A stretch of DNA of 62,760 bases, counting the filler. It is 12 parts of 12 records of this genome, joined end to end, with 100 filler letters (N's around TTAATTAATTAA, not from the genome) between each part and the next. Parts side by side here need not be neighbours in the genome. Positions count along the whole stretch, not along the records: positions 23,571 to 28,578 come from SRR15195285_7859; positions 28,679 to 33,029 come from SRR15195285_7866; positions 33,130 to 39,053 come from SRR15195285_7873; 9 more parts are not named here. One strand, written 5' to 3'. The position numbers and the translations under genes were made by a program. Positions 23,572-35,684 of this stretch are shown one piece after another; the first letter of the stretch is position 1; every line of letters starts with the position of its first letter. The notes under the pieces are model-generated. The model made no database searches. It saw only the letters and a program-made list of their open reading frames with translations, and had not been told where the DNA came from.

Positions 23572-25308
23572 CAGGCCAAGAAGCGATCCCCGGCGCTGAA
23601 GCTGTACGGACTGAGTTGGGGGTTTCCAGGTTGGCTAAACATGAACGCTACATCCATGGCAGCAGCAGATCCAAGCGGCGCGTTCATTGACCTGGCACAG
23701 ACGGCAAATTACACTGTACAGTGGCTGCTGGGCGCCAAACGCGAGCATGGCTTGGACATCGATTTTGTAGGATTGTGGAATGAGCGGTCGCCACCAGCAG
23801 GCTATGCACCTGTGCTTCGTGACGCCATCCGTGCAGCTGGTCTGAGCACGACTGTGGTCGGGCCTTGGCCGGTCGAACACTACGGGGGTACAGGCGTTGC
23901 TGAGGATCCGCAGAACTGCACCCAGTTTGCTTCATGGCAACCTGACAATGAAAACGCATCGCGCTGGATGGACGAAGAAGGGTCAGTTGGCGACGGGCGA
24001 CTAGGTCGATGCTTGGCCCGCTGCGTGAACCGAAACTACGTGTCTTTCTGCAAGACGGCAACGATCCAGTGGCACCTGATCTCCAGCTTCTACGATTATC
24101 TGCCGTGGGCCCGGTGTGGTGTTGCCGTAGCTAACACGCCGTGGAACGGCATGTACGAAATCACTTCTGCAACATGGGTGCTTGCTCACACTACGCAATT
24201 CGCGCCAGCAGGCTGGCGATACACCAAGCATTTTCAAGGTGTACAGCTGCTGAAGGGTGGTGGATCTATAGTGACGCGGGTGTCACCAGATGGAAAGGAT
24301 TTCAGCATTGTTGTTGAGAAGATGTCAGCATCAACATCACAATGTGCACGGGGGAATAATCCCAACATGCCAACCAATACAGAGCATGTCACGCTACAGC
24401 TGGATGGAGAGTTTGCAACGACCCGGCAGCTGCAGGTTTGGCACAGCAACCTATCGCACGACGTTGGATCCCATGCCAATCCTTCTGCGGACCTGCTGTT
24501 TGCAAAGCAGCCGCCGATTGACGTAAGCTCAACTGGTATTGTGACGCTGACATTGCACGCGGATGAGGTATATACGCTGACAACACTTTCTTCTGGTGCG
24601 AAAGGGTCACATGCTAGTGCGAATTGGTCAGGAGACGCTGGGCTTCCATTGCCGTTTGGTCCACAGACATTCGAAACTGAGCAGGTGGGAAAGCCTGGTA
24701 AATACTGGTACACGCAGATGGGTGCCTGGGAGGTCCACAACAAATCAACTGGTGCGGATGGACCTGTTGATGCCAGCGATAAGCATGTGTTGCGGCAAGT
24801 GTCTACCATCTGGCCAAACTGCTGGAACAGCCAGGACTGTGATCCGCCCAAGACATGGTTTGGCCCGGCTATGTTCAATGATGAAGCTGATAACGGCGTG
24901 ATGGCTGAGTTTAACTTGCTTCTGGAGGAGACTGGCAATATTTCGCTGTCGCTAGCAGCGTTCAGTACGCTGCAGGCTAAGCGACCTGCAAATGAAACTC
25001 AATTGCCAGCAACTGTGACACTGTGCACCAATGGAACATGGCTGTTGGGGTCCAAGGTTGGTTCTGGAGTGAACCTTACTGTGGGACAGTGGCAGCGTGT
25101 CGCCGTCGGGCGGCACAATGGTACGCTGAGTGTCTGGGTGGCTGGGCAACTGCTTGTATCAGAGGAAATTCCTCATCAAACCAGCCAGAATTACACGCTG
25201 CGGTTGATGCTTAGTCACTACTTTGTTGCGTCGATTGACAACTTTTCTTTGCAGCACCTGCGTGGCCCCGTAGATATGATCAGCAAGGGCATAGCTCCTG
25301 GCTGGTAG
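23572..25308 (+). CDS. GH59 galactosylceramidase-like glycoside hydrolase; 5' truncated
   Basis: AKKRSPALKLYGLSWGFPGWL; WLLGAKREHGLDIDFVGLWNER; TATIQWHLISSFYDYLPW; ANTPWNGMY; WVLAHTTQFAPAGWRY; EVYTLTT. Confidence 0.9.
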   Translation, partial: QAKKRSPALKLYGLSWGFPGWLNMNATSMAAADPSGAFIDLAQTANYTVQWLLGAKREHGLDIDFVGLWNERSPPAGYAPVLRDAIRAAGLSTTVVGPWPVEHYGGTGVAEDPQNCTQFASWQPDNENASRWMDEEGSVGDGRLGRCLARCVNRNYVSFCKTATIQWHLISSFYDYLPWARCGVAVANTPWNGMYEITSATWVLAHTTQFAPAGWRYTKHFQGVQLLKGGGSIVTRVSPDGKDFSIVVEKMSASTSQCARGNNPNMPTNTEHVTLQLDGEFATTRQLQVWHSNLSHDVGSHANPSADLLFAKQPPIDVSSTGIVTLTLHADEVYTLTTLSSGAKGSHASANWSGDAGLPLPFGPQTFETEQVGKPGKYWYTQMGAWEVHNKSTGADGPVDASDKHVLRQVSTIWPNCWNSQDCDPPKTWFGPAMFNDEADNGVMAEFNLLLEETGNISLSLAAFSTLQAKRPANETQLPATVTLCTNGTWLLGSKVGSGVNLTVGQWQRVAVGRHNGTLSVWVAGQLLVSEEIPHQTSQNYTLRLMLSHYFVASIDNFSLQHLRGPVDMISKGIAPGW

Positions 25309-25423
25309 GGTGGAGACATTGCACGTTGGTGGTTGACTTGGTAGGAGACGATTGGGTAGATTTGAGAGAACTATGCAACTTTATATTTGAGCAGATTCTG
25401 TTGCACGTCCCTCTTGTCATGCT

Positions 25424-28081
25424 CTAGTCAGATGGACGCAGACAGTCGGTAACCTTGGGCTTCGGGCAGCACTGATAGCCAGGCTCAGCAGACGGACATG
25501 TAACACCACCAGCGCAACACGAGTTGCCAGCGCACTGGGGACCGCCTGCGGGGACACCAGGACAGAGGACGCTGTCGCCAACTTTACATGTAGCGTTGGT
25601 GCTGGTCATAGATACACTTGCTAGAGTAGCGTGGACGCTTTGCCGTTCGGCTCCATTTGGTGCGTGGAGCCGAGACGAGGACGCACAGTAGGCGAGTATT
25701 TCCGAGTGCTGACAGCCAGCATGCCGTAGCAAGGATTGATGATGGCCAGCGCAGACAGCACATGACTCGATCTTGAAAGGAGAGTGCGCTCGAACACTGC
25801 CACACGAAACAGACCCCTCAGGTATTCATCCGAAAATTGCGTCCTTACCACGCCATGAGTAGCTTACCTGTCTGTCGTACACGATGCACGTAGTGCCACC
25901 TCGCAGGGGGTAGCGCAGACGTATTCAACCATCGCACCGGGCGATTGTCGGTTGTCAGTCACGCCACCCTTGGTGTTGATTACGTTTAGCATCGAACCTT
26001 TGCCGTTCAAATATACCTACAATCATAGGGATAAACAGTCCATGAAATACAATCATGATGTTAGTACACTTTTGGCGGCAAAAACGAAGCGCTGTGACGT
26101 TGAAAGCGTACCCCAAGTGGCGAGTGAAACGAATCTTCAACAGCAGAGGGGCAGCTGATGCCCCTCTCCACAGTAACATTGTGGTCTGACAAGTACAAAA
26201 CGTGTTTTTACAACCACTAAATGGCTACCGGTACCTAGGGATATGAGAAAAAGACAGATCGGCGTTGAAACACACCTCTAAAAAAGTGATACACCCCTGC
26301 TCCAAACGACTCGTGCTTGTGCACATGGTCCGCCACCGTGTACCCTACAACAACACGCAAAACGGTCAACCTGGGTTCATCCCCCTGATACAACCGATTA
26401 TTTTGGGCTCACCGGAGTACGGATACGTCTGCACATCATAGGGCAGCTCGGCCTGGAAAAAATAGCACGCTCCCCGCTCTCCTACCACACCCAGCACCAG
26501 CATATGTTACCATGTGGACAAATTGGTCTAGGAGTAGTAAAATGGGACAAATTCTTGTTGCACACCAGACCAGAGGACAATGTCCTTTAGGGTGTGCTCA
26601 GCAGCGAGACCATACATGATGACATCATCGCCATTGATCATTGCACCATGGTCACAGGGATTGTCTCCATTCTTCACCAGCGCTCCGCCCTCCATATGGT
26701 CTGCACGCCATAGCCACATGTTGTCTCCAATCACTGCTGATGCATCGATGGCGATCATACTGCTGGCCGACGCTTGCTCGCCGACAGGCAGGGCGGGTCC
26801 GCCCACCCTTGCAAATATATCGAAAAAAAAGCTAAAGTCAGCATCGGCCAGCTTAGTAGATCGCGGCTTCGAGTTACGCTGCGGAGAACCATTCAGAGTG
26901 GAAGGAGTGCCCCACTGGAGCAATGTGGGTGAATTGGTAGTGCCTGCTTGCAACAAGAGCCCAGCCACTCGGACACCGGTGATGTGGTCCATCACAGTGA
27001 CACAGGGAGTTCCAGATGTCGGTACTAAGGTCGCCATGCCGAGTCCAAGCAGCACCTGGCCGTGTGTGCTGATGACAAGGCTAGTGTCCAGCATGTAGAT
27101 CCCAGGAGCAAGTACTACATGTAATCCCGCGGAGAGCTGCGCGTTGATTGACGTAGCAGTGTCTCTAGTGGCGTCAGCGACGTAGACCTGCTCGAAGCCA
27201 ACAGCCGGCGCAGGAGTCCACGTGCCGTTTGCGCCAACGTCAGGACCAGTGCTGTTTCGTCGCGCCACAGGGATGTTGAGCGAGAACTTGCCGGTGATAG
27301 GGTCGGCAGATACAAAAGGCTTCTCTGCGACTAGAGGCGCACGATCCACGACGACAAACGGATTCCGGCAAAGCTGCGCATCACGCCCACAGTGGGGCTG
27401 TGGGGCGCCTTCGACACCGACGAAGACCATGTTCCAGTTGCCATCTTTCCACCCGCCAACCTTTGAGCTGCGCGTGAGCCACTGTTGCTGGGATCCAGAC
27501 GAAACCATGCCCTTCACGACAGAGTCTGCCAAGAAACCGCCACTGCCGTAGCCAGCCGCATCCCCACCGTGGTACTCGAACAACTTCAGGTTATTTTGGA
27601 CAATCACACGTCGCAGCGGGGCTGCCTGGCTCACTGCCCACAGCATTCCTTTCTGGTCTGTCCACATGTGATCTGCATGGGTCTCGAAGTTTTCTGCCGA
27701 CCGCCAGAATGTGTCCAATGCGCCGGTGCTGAACGCGTACTCGCCCTCCTCGCAGTGGACTCCTTTGTCCGAGGTAAAGACCACGTCTGAAGGACTGGTG
27801 CCCAATCCCAGAACCTGGGTGTAGAAACCAACAGGCACGTTGTCCGAGTACGCTCCAGGCATGAACATAAATGCATAACGATCTGAAGAGAATTGGCCGT
27901 GATCGAGCCGCCCACCGTTGTCGGCATAGGCTGCCACCACTGCCTGCTCGATGGTAGTGTCATCGTGTGGATGAAAGACACGAACGGTGCTGGGCCAGAC
28001 AGGTGGATTCGGTTGCACTTGCTGTGGGGCAGCGCCGCTTACAAGAAAGACAAGCACTGCAGACACCGTGCCGTGCGACAT
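25424..28081 (-). CDS. GH55 exo-beta-1,3-glucanase (laminarinase) of bacterial type, secreted, spliced, with C-terminal Cys-rich module
   Basis: GQFSSDRYAFMFMPGAY, VGFYTQVLGLG, FWRSAEN, WAVSQAAPLRR, SGGFLADS, SQQQWLTR, WLWRADH, YGLAAEH. A later exon reads GERGACYFFQAELPYD (about 26430-26480); the terminal exon reads CKVGDSVLCPG..CAGNSCC..CPSA. Confidence 0.85.
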
Positions 28082-28340
28082 CGATCCCGCGTTCAGCACC
28101 CTCGTGGGCGCAGCACGACCCAAGATGCGCCTGTACTGAGTGTAGACGCCACCAGCGAAGCACACGGGCCGAAGTGAGGGCGCTCACGACTGTCGCGACT
28201 CGCAGCCGTCCGCAAAATTGCCGCTGCCAACCGAGCAGGGCGTCCACGAGCAGCCTGATGTTGCCACTCGTGTCAGAGCACCTCGCCTGAGGGAGGCGTC
28301 GCGCTCGCTTGTGTTCGGGTGCGCGCTCAAGAGCAAGCAA

Positions 28341-28361
28341 GCGCGCGCGCCGCGCGCGCGC
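28341..28361. promoter_or_regulatory. (CG)n tract upstream of the GH55 gene; candidate promoter element
   Basis: gcgcgcgcgccgcgcgcgcgc, identical to 43169-43189. Confidence 0.4.
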
Positions 28362-28578
28362 ATGGCGCATGCACTGAGCCGTACTATAATCTATGATATA
28401 GGGCGTAGGATCCTACGCGCCTCTCCTGCATGGGAGATCGCGCCTCTCCTGACCAGTCGGGTTGTGCCCATACAAAAAAGGCGTGCTGTCTCAGGCCTTC
28501 AGTTTGGGCCCGAGCCGCAGCCGCCGATGTATCGTGTTGCCCGAACATACGAAAACTCGAATTATCCGCACTTTGATT

Positions 28579-28678
28579 NNNNNNNNNNNNNNNNNNNNNN
28601 NNNNNNNNNNNNNNNNNNNNNNTTAATTAATTAANNNNNNNNNNNNNNNNNNNNNNNNNNNNNNNNNNNNNNNNNNNN
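28579..28678. other. Artificial contig spacer
   Basis: N44-TTAATTAATTAA-N44. Confidence 0.99.
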
Positions 28679-29010
28679 GGTGTCGAGCGTGGTGTCGAGC
28701 GTGGTGTCAGCGCCCCACGCCGTGGCGACCACCACCACGTGGGCGCGACGCCAACGCTCACAGTTCGGAGAACTCACTGAGAAACACGCAGTCGACTCCC
28801 GTTGTCCACCTCGAGTCGCTGCATTCTCCCGAAGATCACTACTTCGACTACAGTACTGCAATTTCGATAGTTATGACTCCGTCGGTGGAGTGAATCCGTA
28901 GACTATAATTTGTACGGATTACTATGTATAATTTGTGTAGTTGTTGCATCACTGCGTCTGTGGAGCCCGTGAATTCTCAATTCTGACCCAGGGGCCCGTG
29001 ATCTCAGCCC

Positions 29011-32000
29011 ATGGCCACGCCAGATGGAGGCGTGGCGGCAGCCGCGGGGGGAGGGCTCCCGTCGCCCTTCGACGACTCCGTGGCGATGACGTTGCAGGCG
29101 ATGGCGGCGGACACGGAACGCGAGGCGCCGGGAGGCGTGCCGGAAGGCGTGCCGCCAGGAGGCGCGGCGAGCGAGGTCGAGGGCAGGTGCAAGGAGGCGC
29201 GGGCTGCGCCTCGCTGGATCCCCAAGTGCGAGGCGAGCTGCTGCATGCTGTGCCAGAAGGACTTTTCGAAGCTGCGTGTTCCGCGCCACCATTGCCGCCG
29301 CTGCGGGTGGGCTGTTTGTGGGAGCTGCTCTACGCACGTCCTGAAGCTGGATCGCTGGCTCGACAGTGAGAAGCCACACACGGTGTGGCACACTCCCTCC
29401 GCTGTCCTACTGCGTGTCTGCGATAGCTGCCATGTGCACTCCCTCGAGGGACGCACCGACGCTGCCGCGCGCACATCCGCGGGAGTCGGCTCCGACGACT
29501 GGCGACTGCGCCGAGCGTTTGAGGTCATCGACCTCGACAATAGTGGTTGCATCTCATGGGTTGAGCTCAGCTTTGCGTTGCGAGGAGGCGTGGAGCCTTC
29601 CGGCGACAGCCAGGACGAGACACACGGTGGCTTCACCAACACAGAACTCGACGATATTATGGAGCGTGCACGTGCGGCCTCTGGCACAGAGCGGCTGTAC
29701 CTGTCTGATTTCCTCACGCTGTGCGAGGAGGAGCCGGCAATGCGCGTCATTCTGAGCAACGCCGCCAGCGTTGCCGATGCCGCCCGAGATCCTTGGAGCG
29801 GCAAACCAGTGCACAACTGCCCTGAAACGCCCGCAGTTCGCAGGTTTCTGCCTACAGCTGACGACGACGCATTGGGCAGTCAGGCAGCGACATGGACCAG
29901 CGAAAATACGTCTGTTAAGATGGAGCTGGAACCGTTCGCTGAGGGCGCGATGCGGCACTGTTTTCGATGCTTGTTGCAGCTGCCTAGTGGTGAATGGCGA
30001 AGAATGGTCGCCAAGCAGTACAAACCGGTTGCAGGGACAGACAATGAAGACGAAGATATCGCCCAGAGTACAGCACGGCTTGAGGAGGATGTACGCATGC
30101 AAACCGGCGCGAAAGAATGGGCACATCGCTACAATCATCGGTCTCCACGGGGCGCAAAGCGTGTAGACTTTCTGCAAAGCTTTTTGCTGGAGGCCAAGGC
30201 GCCAAACACGACCAGAGGCATCGGCAGGTCGACCAAGAAAGCATTTTACTTAGAAGCGTTTGTTCAAGGCCAATACGTCAAGCACTCGAGCAATGCGGGC
30301 TTCGTTGGGTCGAAGATCGAATCACCCGTGCGTGCCAACATATCTGTCGGCTCTGCTATACAGAGTGGCCTGTGAATACCGCGGTTGCTGTGCTTTCCCG
30401 CAGGATGGTGAAGGTGGCGACTTAGGATACCTACGCTGGACTCCACAGGCATTTTCACACTTCACCTTCGATGCTAGTGCAGGGCAGCAGTTAGTTGTAG
30501 ACATTCAAGGAGTCGGAGATCTGTACACAGATCCGGCCGTCCATTCGGCTGATCAGCAAGGCTTTGGGTCTGGGAATATGGGGCCGGACGGAATGCTAAG
30601 CTTCTTCCTGACGCATCAGTGTACACCACTCTGTCGGAGCTTCGGCCTACAGCCATTCCGTCTCTTCGACGTCGAGAAGCCAGACAAAAGCGTGTGTGTC
30701 GAAACGAATGCAGCCGTAGGTGCGACTGGCGATGAAATGCAGCGCGACGAGAATGGTACACGTGGTAAAACTTTCGTAGGCAGTAGCAACAGCACACTTA
30801 GCAGAGGCAGTGCGGAGACCCTTGGCGTTGAGGCTCTTGCTCGCGTGGGCAGCTATGGCGAAGGCTTGGGGAGCTCTGCTGCTGGATGTGGCTCACACCA
30901 GAACCGCAAGGGAGTTGATGAAGCACTAGGGAAACTTCACACAAAGCTTTCACTGCACTATCTGTGCGTACACATGCAAGGACGTACCTACGCTGAAGCA
31001 AAAGCCGACAGTGACGATGCTTTGAGTCGGGCTACCGCTCGGCTCAGTGCGAGCGACAGGCTAATGGACAGTGCTGTGGAACATGCCGTGGCTGCTGTTG
31101 CTTGCTTGCGGCGAATGATGCCGTCGAGGCCACAGGATGACACACCTTTGAAGACACCAGCCGCAATATCTCAACACAGACAGCAGATTCAAAATCAGAG
31201 ACAAAGCTGGCTCGAGTCGAAAATGAGATCAGCTGCTCAAGATGCTCAGGAATCGATGGATCATTTTGATGTGCTGCTTCGTGATTACACGAAGACGGAC
31301 GAGATCTGTGCTCTCAGGGATAAGTGGGCCGCGTATGTGTGCATACTTGATGGAAGTAGTCAGAGTCTAATCGAGACGTTGTCTGGTGCCTCCCCGACAT
31401 ATCTAAAGCTAGTGGCAAAGCACGAGGTGCTGGTGCATGAAGTACGGGGGCAAGCGGAAGCAGTGTACATACAGCACCTCGGAGGAAAACTCGCAGATGT
31501 TGAGCGATTGCTTCAGGAATGGCGCGGAAGCGAATACTTACTTCTACAGGAACTCCAGAGCAAGTACTGCGATTCCACAGCCGCAATCGAGGTGGAGTGT
31601 GGGCCAGAACCGGAGCCAGACCCAGAAGTTAAGGAGTCAGGCGTGGAACGAGAGCCAGAGGTGATGGTGTCAGACGCGGGACCAGAGCCAGAGGACGTGG
31701 AGTCAGAGCTAGAGGCTGAGTGGGAGTCACAAGATGTCGACTCAGACCCGGCAGCATCCGAACTCAATCCTGTGGTCGAGACACAAATCGAGCTAGAACA
31801 TCAGCCAGTGTCCGAGCCCGAGATGGCTGAATCTTGGCTAGAATTATGCGCCGCGAGTGATATTGGCGCCACGTTCCTGCTTTGGTGTGGAGAAGAGGCT
31901 GAAGTGCTCCCGGAGAGCTTCGAGCGTCTCAAGTATCCCAGTTTGAGTAACTTGAGCGCTGTCGAGCATTTGCTGGGATATTGCTATGCTCAAGGTGCTA

Positions 32001-32083
32001 GCGCCACCCATGGTCAACAACGCACCGAGTCTAGATTGCATGTACTGATACAGGAAGCTGAAGCGACCATCGATCTCGAATAG
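29011..32083 (+). CDS. Alpha-kinase (eEF2K/MHCK-type) with N-terminal FYVE zinc finger and EF-hand
   Basis: FYVE: CMLCQKDF..RHHCRRCGWAVCGSCS..RVCDSC. EF-hand: AFEVIDLDNSGCISWVEL. Kinase: PFAEGAMRHCF, VAKQY, YVKHSSNAG, TPQAFSHFTF, VVDIQGV..YTDP, FGSGNMG, HQCTPLC. Intron 30328-30403 joins the two ORFs in frame. Confidence 0.9.
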
Positions 32084-32143
32084 GCCTGATGAAGACGATG
32101 GTGACGGAGTGACTTCGTTCATGCAAATGGAAGATAGGAATTA

Positions 32144-33029
32144 TCACAGTTCGAGCAGGCTACGTCGGTGGTCGTGAATGTCTTGTACCGTTGCGTTGCC
32201 ACAGAATCTCTTTGTGCTGCATCCTCTACAAGTCGGGCACTGGTGCCCAGTTGTGTTCGCCTCATCTTGCTCGATGCACGTGGCACAAAACACATGTCCA
32301 CACTTCAGCTGACGCAAAATGGCATCCGCGTTTAGGTTTCGGAACGACTCCTGGCATGCACACCAGCAAGAGACCTGAGAGTTGCAATCAAGTAGCGTCT
32401 GCAGCACTCAGACAAGCACTCAGCTCAAACAGAAATGCCCACGCCTGTCTGCCAGCAAGGGACTCACACGGCAGTAGGCGCAAATCCATTCTCCACCCTC
32501 GGGTAGCACTGTCGCTGCAATACCCATTGCTGATAAGTTTGGTTCTTCTTTCTCCTCTTTGATCACAGTGCCAAAGTGCTTCGTGCTTGTCTTGTACCAA
32601 ACCATCTCGTTAAACTCCAGGCCCCACTTGTCGTAGTCCAGCCTTGAGATGTTCTTCCACTTGTCTGCCTTCGTTTTGTCAAGTCGCACATCTTCATCTT
32701 TGCAGACCGAACACAGCAAGTTCTCTGGGCGGGAGCTCGCGTCTAGGCTTTCGCTGTCCAAGCAAAATAGCACACCTTGTCCTCTAGCGAAACAAATGTG
32801 GCAAGAAAAGCGATCATTGTTGCGTCGAGAGCGTGTACGTGTTGGTGGAGGTGGGTGGGCTCGTTGGCGCTTCCCTAGCTGTGCATCACTCTGTGGTGGT
32901 GCATTCTTCTTTGGGCGAGGCTGCCTTTGCACATCGAGGCTTTCGAAGTCTCTCCACCGGCAGAGCACTGCATTAGATGTCCGGCGACGTCCAGTGTACT
33001 GGTAGAGCTGCTCAGCCTTTTCCTTCCAC
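32144..33029 (-). CDS. RING-finger (C3HC4-type) protein; 5' truncated, spliced
   Basis: WICAYCR|intron|ESFRN..LKCGHVFCATC..CPTCR; upstream CHIC..CSVC zinc-finger-like pairs. Confidence 0.7.
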
Positions 33030-33129
33030 NNNNNNNNNNNNNNNNNNNNNNNNNNNNNNNNNNNNNNNNNNNNTTAATTAATTAANNNNNNNNNNNNNNN
33101 NNNNNNNNNNNNNNNNNNNNNNNNNNNNN
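33030..33129. other. Artificial contig spacer
   Basis: N44-TTAATTAATTAA-N44. Confidence 0.99.
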
Positions 33130-35466
33130 CTGCTGCTGCTGCTGCTGCTGCTGCCGTGCGTCGCAGCGATCCCTGCTGCGATCCCGGCGGCTCGGTCGGC
33201 GCCGCAGGTGCTGGTCAATACGACGACGGGCTCGCTGCAGGGCTTTGTGGAGCAGGGCTCGCGGAAGTGGCTTGGGATTCCCTACGCGGAGCCGCCGGTT
33301 GGTGATGGTCGCTGGCGCCCGCCAGCGCCCAAGAAGCACTGGGGCTCTGCGCCTCGTGATGCGACAATGTTCAAGCCAGACTGCGCACAGTTCGGTCCTG
33401 GTTGGCCCAGCCTCGGCATTACGAACCTCAATACGACGTCTGAGGACTGCCTTACGTTAAACGTTTTCGCGCCGCTCGCCACCGTCGCTGGCGGCGCGCC
33501 CGTCGTCGTCTTCTTTCCAGCAGGCGGGTATACCTGGGGCGCCGCCAACGACGCCGAGATGAACGCCTACGCCAAAGCCTCAGCACCGGGCTGGCAGGAC
33601 GTCATCTTCGTCACCGCCAACTACAGAGTCTCGATCTTCGGGTTCCTTGCCCACAAGTCGCTGCGCAGCCGCTCGCCGTCCGGCTCGACGGGATGCTACG
33701 GCAGCCAGGACCAGCGTGAGGCGCTGCGGTGGGTGCAGGCAAATATTGCACAATTCGGCGGCGATCCCCAGCGAGTCATGATCTTCGGCGAGTCCGCCGG
33801 TGCTACTTCGATCACTACCCATATGGTAATGAAGGATAGCTGGGGCCTGTTCCAGCGCGCCGCGGCTGATTCTGGTGGGTTTTCCGATTGGGTGCGCAAC
33901 TTCGACGACGCGAGCGATGTCTTCGAGAACGTCACTGCTGCACTAGGCTGCGCAGACAAGGCGGATCCGGTCGCGTGCATGGTCGCCAAGCCGACCAAGG
34001 ACCTCCTCGACGCCACAGATCCGTTTTATGGGTACGTGAACGGCAAACACCCAGTTTTGCCGCATCCAGAGTCGGTCCTTGGGACACAGTGGGCACCTGT
34101 AGTCGATGGCGTGGAGATGACCGCCACACCGCAGGTCTTGCTTGAGCAGGGTCACGTTGCACCCGATGTTCCGATGCTGCTCGGTTCAAATAGGGACGAA
34201 GGGTCGCTGTTCCGTGAGCAGACCGATTACCTCGCAGATGAGGAGATGTTCAACAGCTGGCTGAACGCCACACTTGGCGATATGCTTGCCAACGAGGTGC
34301 GCTCGGAAGGATTGTACACACCAAGCACAGCATCAGACGGATTGTACAAAGGTGGCAACGGATCGGTTTGGTCGACGCTGCAGAGCGATGTGCTGGGTGA
34401 CCTAGCGCTCCACTGCCCGGCACGCCGCGCGGCAGGGAAGCTCGAGGCGGGCGCATACCTGTACTCGTTTGAGGTCACGCCATACTTCACTGTAAACTTC
34501 CCGCCAGGCGATTGGCTTGGGAAACTTGGAGCATTCCACGGTAGTGAGGTGCCATTCGTATTGTTCGACACGTTTGAGCTTACGGGTCCCGAGGTCGCCT
34601 TGGGCGCGCAGATGGCCACTGCTTGGACAAATTTTGCCGCGACCGGGGATCCAAACCTTGCGGTCAGCATGGGTTCTTCTCCGGACAACAAGGCGTCGAT
34701 GGCTGGAGACATGTACAGGCAGCGGAGACGTGCGCAGATGATGGCAGAGGAGGATGCGTTGCCAGTGCAGTGCTCAGGGTATCACGGCCTCAGCGGTATC
34801 CCAGCCACACGACTGAACGGCACAGTACAGCAGACATTAACTGGCGTGGCTTCAACTGGGGCGTGCTGCAAGGCGTGTTCACACATATTTTACAACCAGC
34901 TTTGCCAGGGCTGGCGGTACGATACCGCGAAGGCCACCTGCGAACTGCTCTCTGGCAACGTCGTGGTTGCCAACAGCACGATCTCCGCCGCCGCCACGTA
35001 AGCTCATATTATCACATGGCAGAGTGCTGCTGCTGCCGCCGCGGCCATTGCTGCCCATACGCAGCTGTTCTGATCAACTCACCTGATTCACTATGTGCAT
35101 CTTCGCAGCAATGGTGGGATTCGTCTAGAGCCCATTCCTCCGAAGGTGCTCACACCGCCCCGTCTTTGTCCGCCACCGCCACCGCCTGGGTCACCATCCG
35201 GTCCGGCAGCTGGCGGATACCCGAACGCACCGAACACGGGCGTGCATGAGGGTAGTGGGCTGTGGCCACGGTACGGCGAAGGTTTTGGCGGTGATGTTGC
35301 CATGCGGTTTCGAACCTGCAACACCAGCGCGCTTGAGCACCCGAGGGTGCATCAATGTGGCTTTTGGGACCGATACGACTGCGTGCTCAAGGGCTGTTTC
35401 AAGGGCATCGCCATCCAGGGCGAATGCGACACGGCGGAACTCAAGTGCACGCTCAAAAGGCACTGA
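33130..35466 (+). CDS. Type-B carboxylesterase (cholinesterase-like alpha/beta hydrolase) with an inserted PAN/apple module
   Basis: WLGIPYAEPPVG, SEDCLTLNVF, NYRVSIFGFL, FGGDPQRVMIFGESAG (Ser), NRDEG (Glu), AFHGSE (His), WTNFAATGDPN. After an intron at about 34998-35108: WPRY..CGFWD. The start lies in a poly-Leu signal at the contig edge. Confidence 0.9.
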
Positions 35467-35637
35467 CCATCTGCAAACTTCTGTGCGGTGTGGACGGATA
35501 ACACGGCGCGAGGTTACCCTTCATGATAAACACAACTGCAAGTGTAGCTATGCAGTCGCCTACCCTGATAAGTACGATTGCGAGTTGAGGAAACAAGATG
35601 GGCGCAAGGGGGAATGCAATTGGTCAGTTCCATCGCT

Positions 35638-35676
35638 CTCTGACACTCTCCTCTGACACTCTCCTCTGACACTCTC
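35638..35676. repeat. 13-bp tandem repeat x3
   Basis: ctctgacactctc repeated three times between convergent genes. Confidence 0.9.
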
Positions 35677-35684
35677 TTCGCAAG

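Noticed and set aside
32420..32422. TGA after GHFCLS as a possible selenocysteine codon
   Set aside because: It lies inside a GTGAGT..CAG intron whose removal restores the RING motif.
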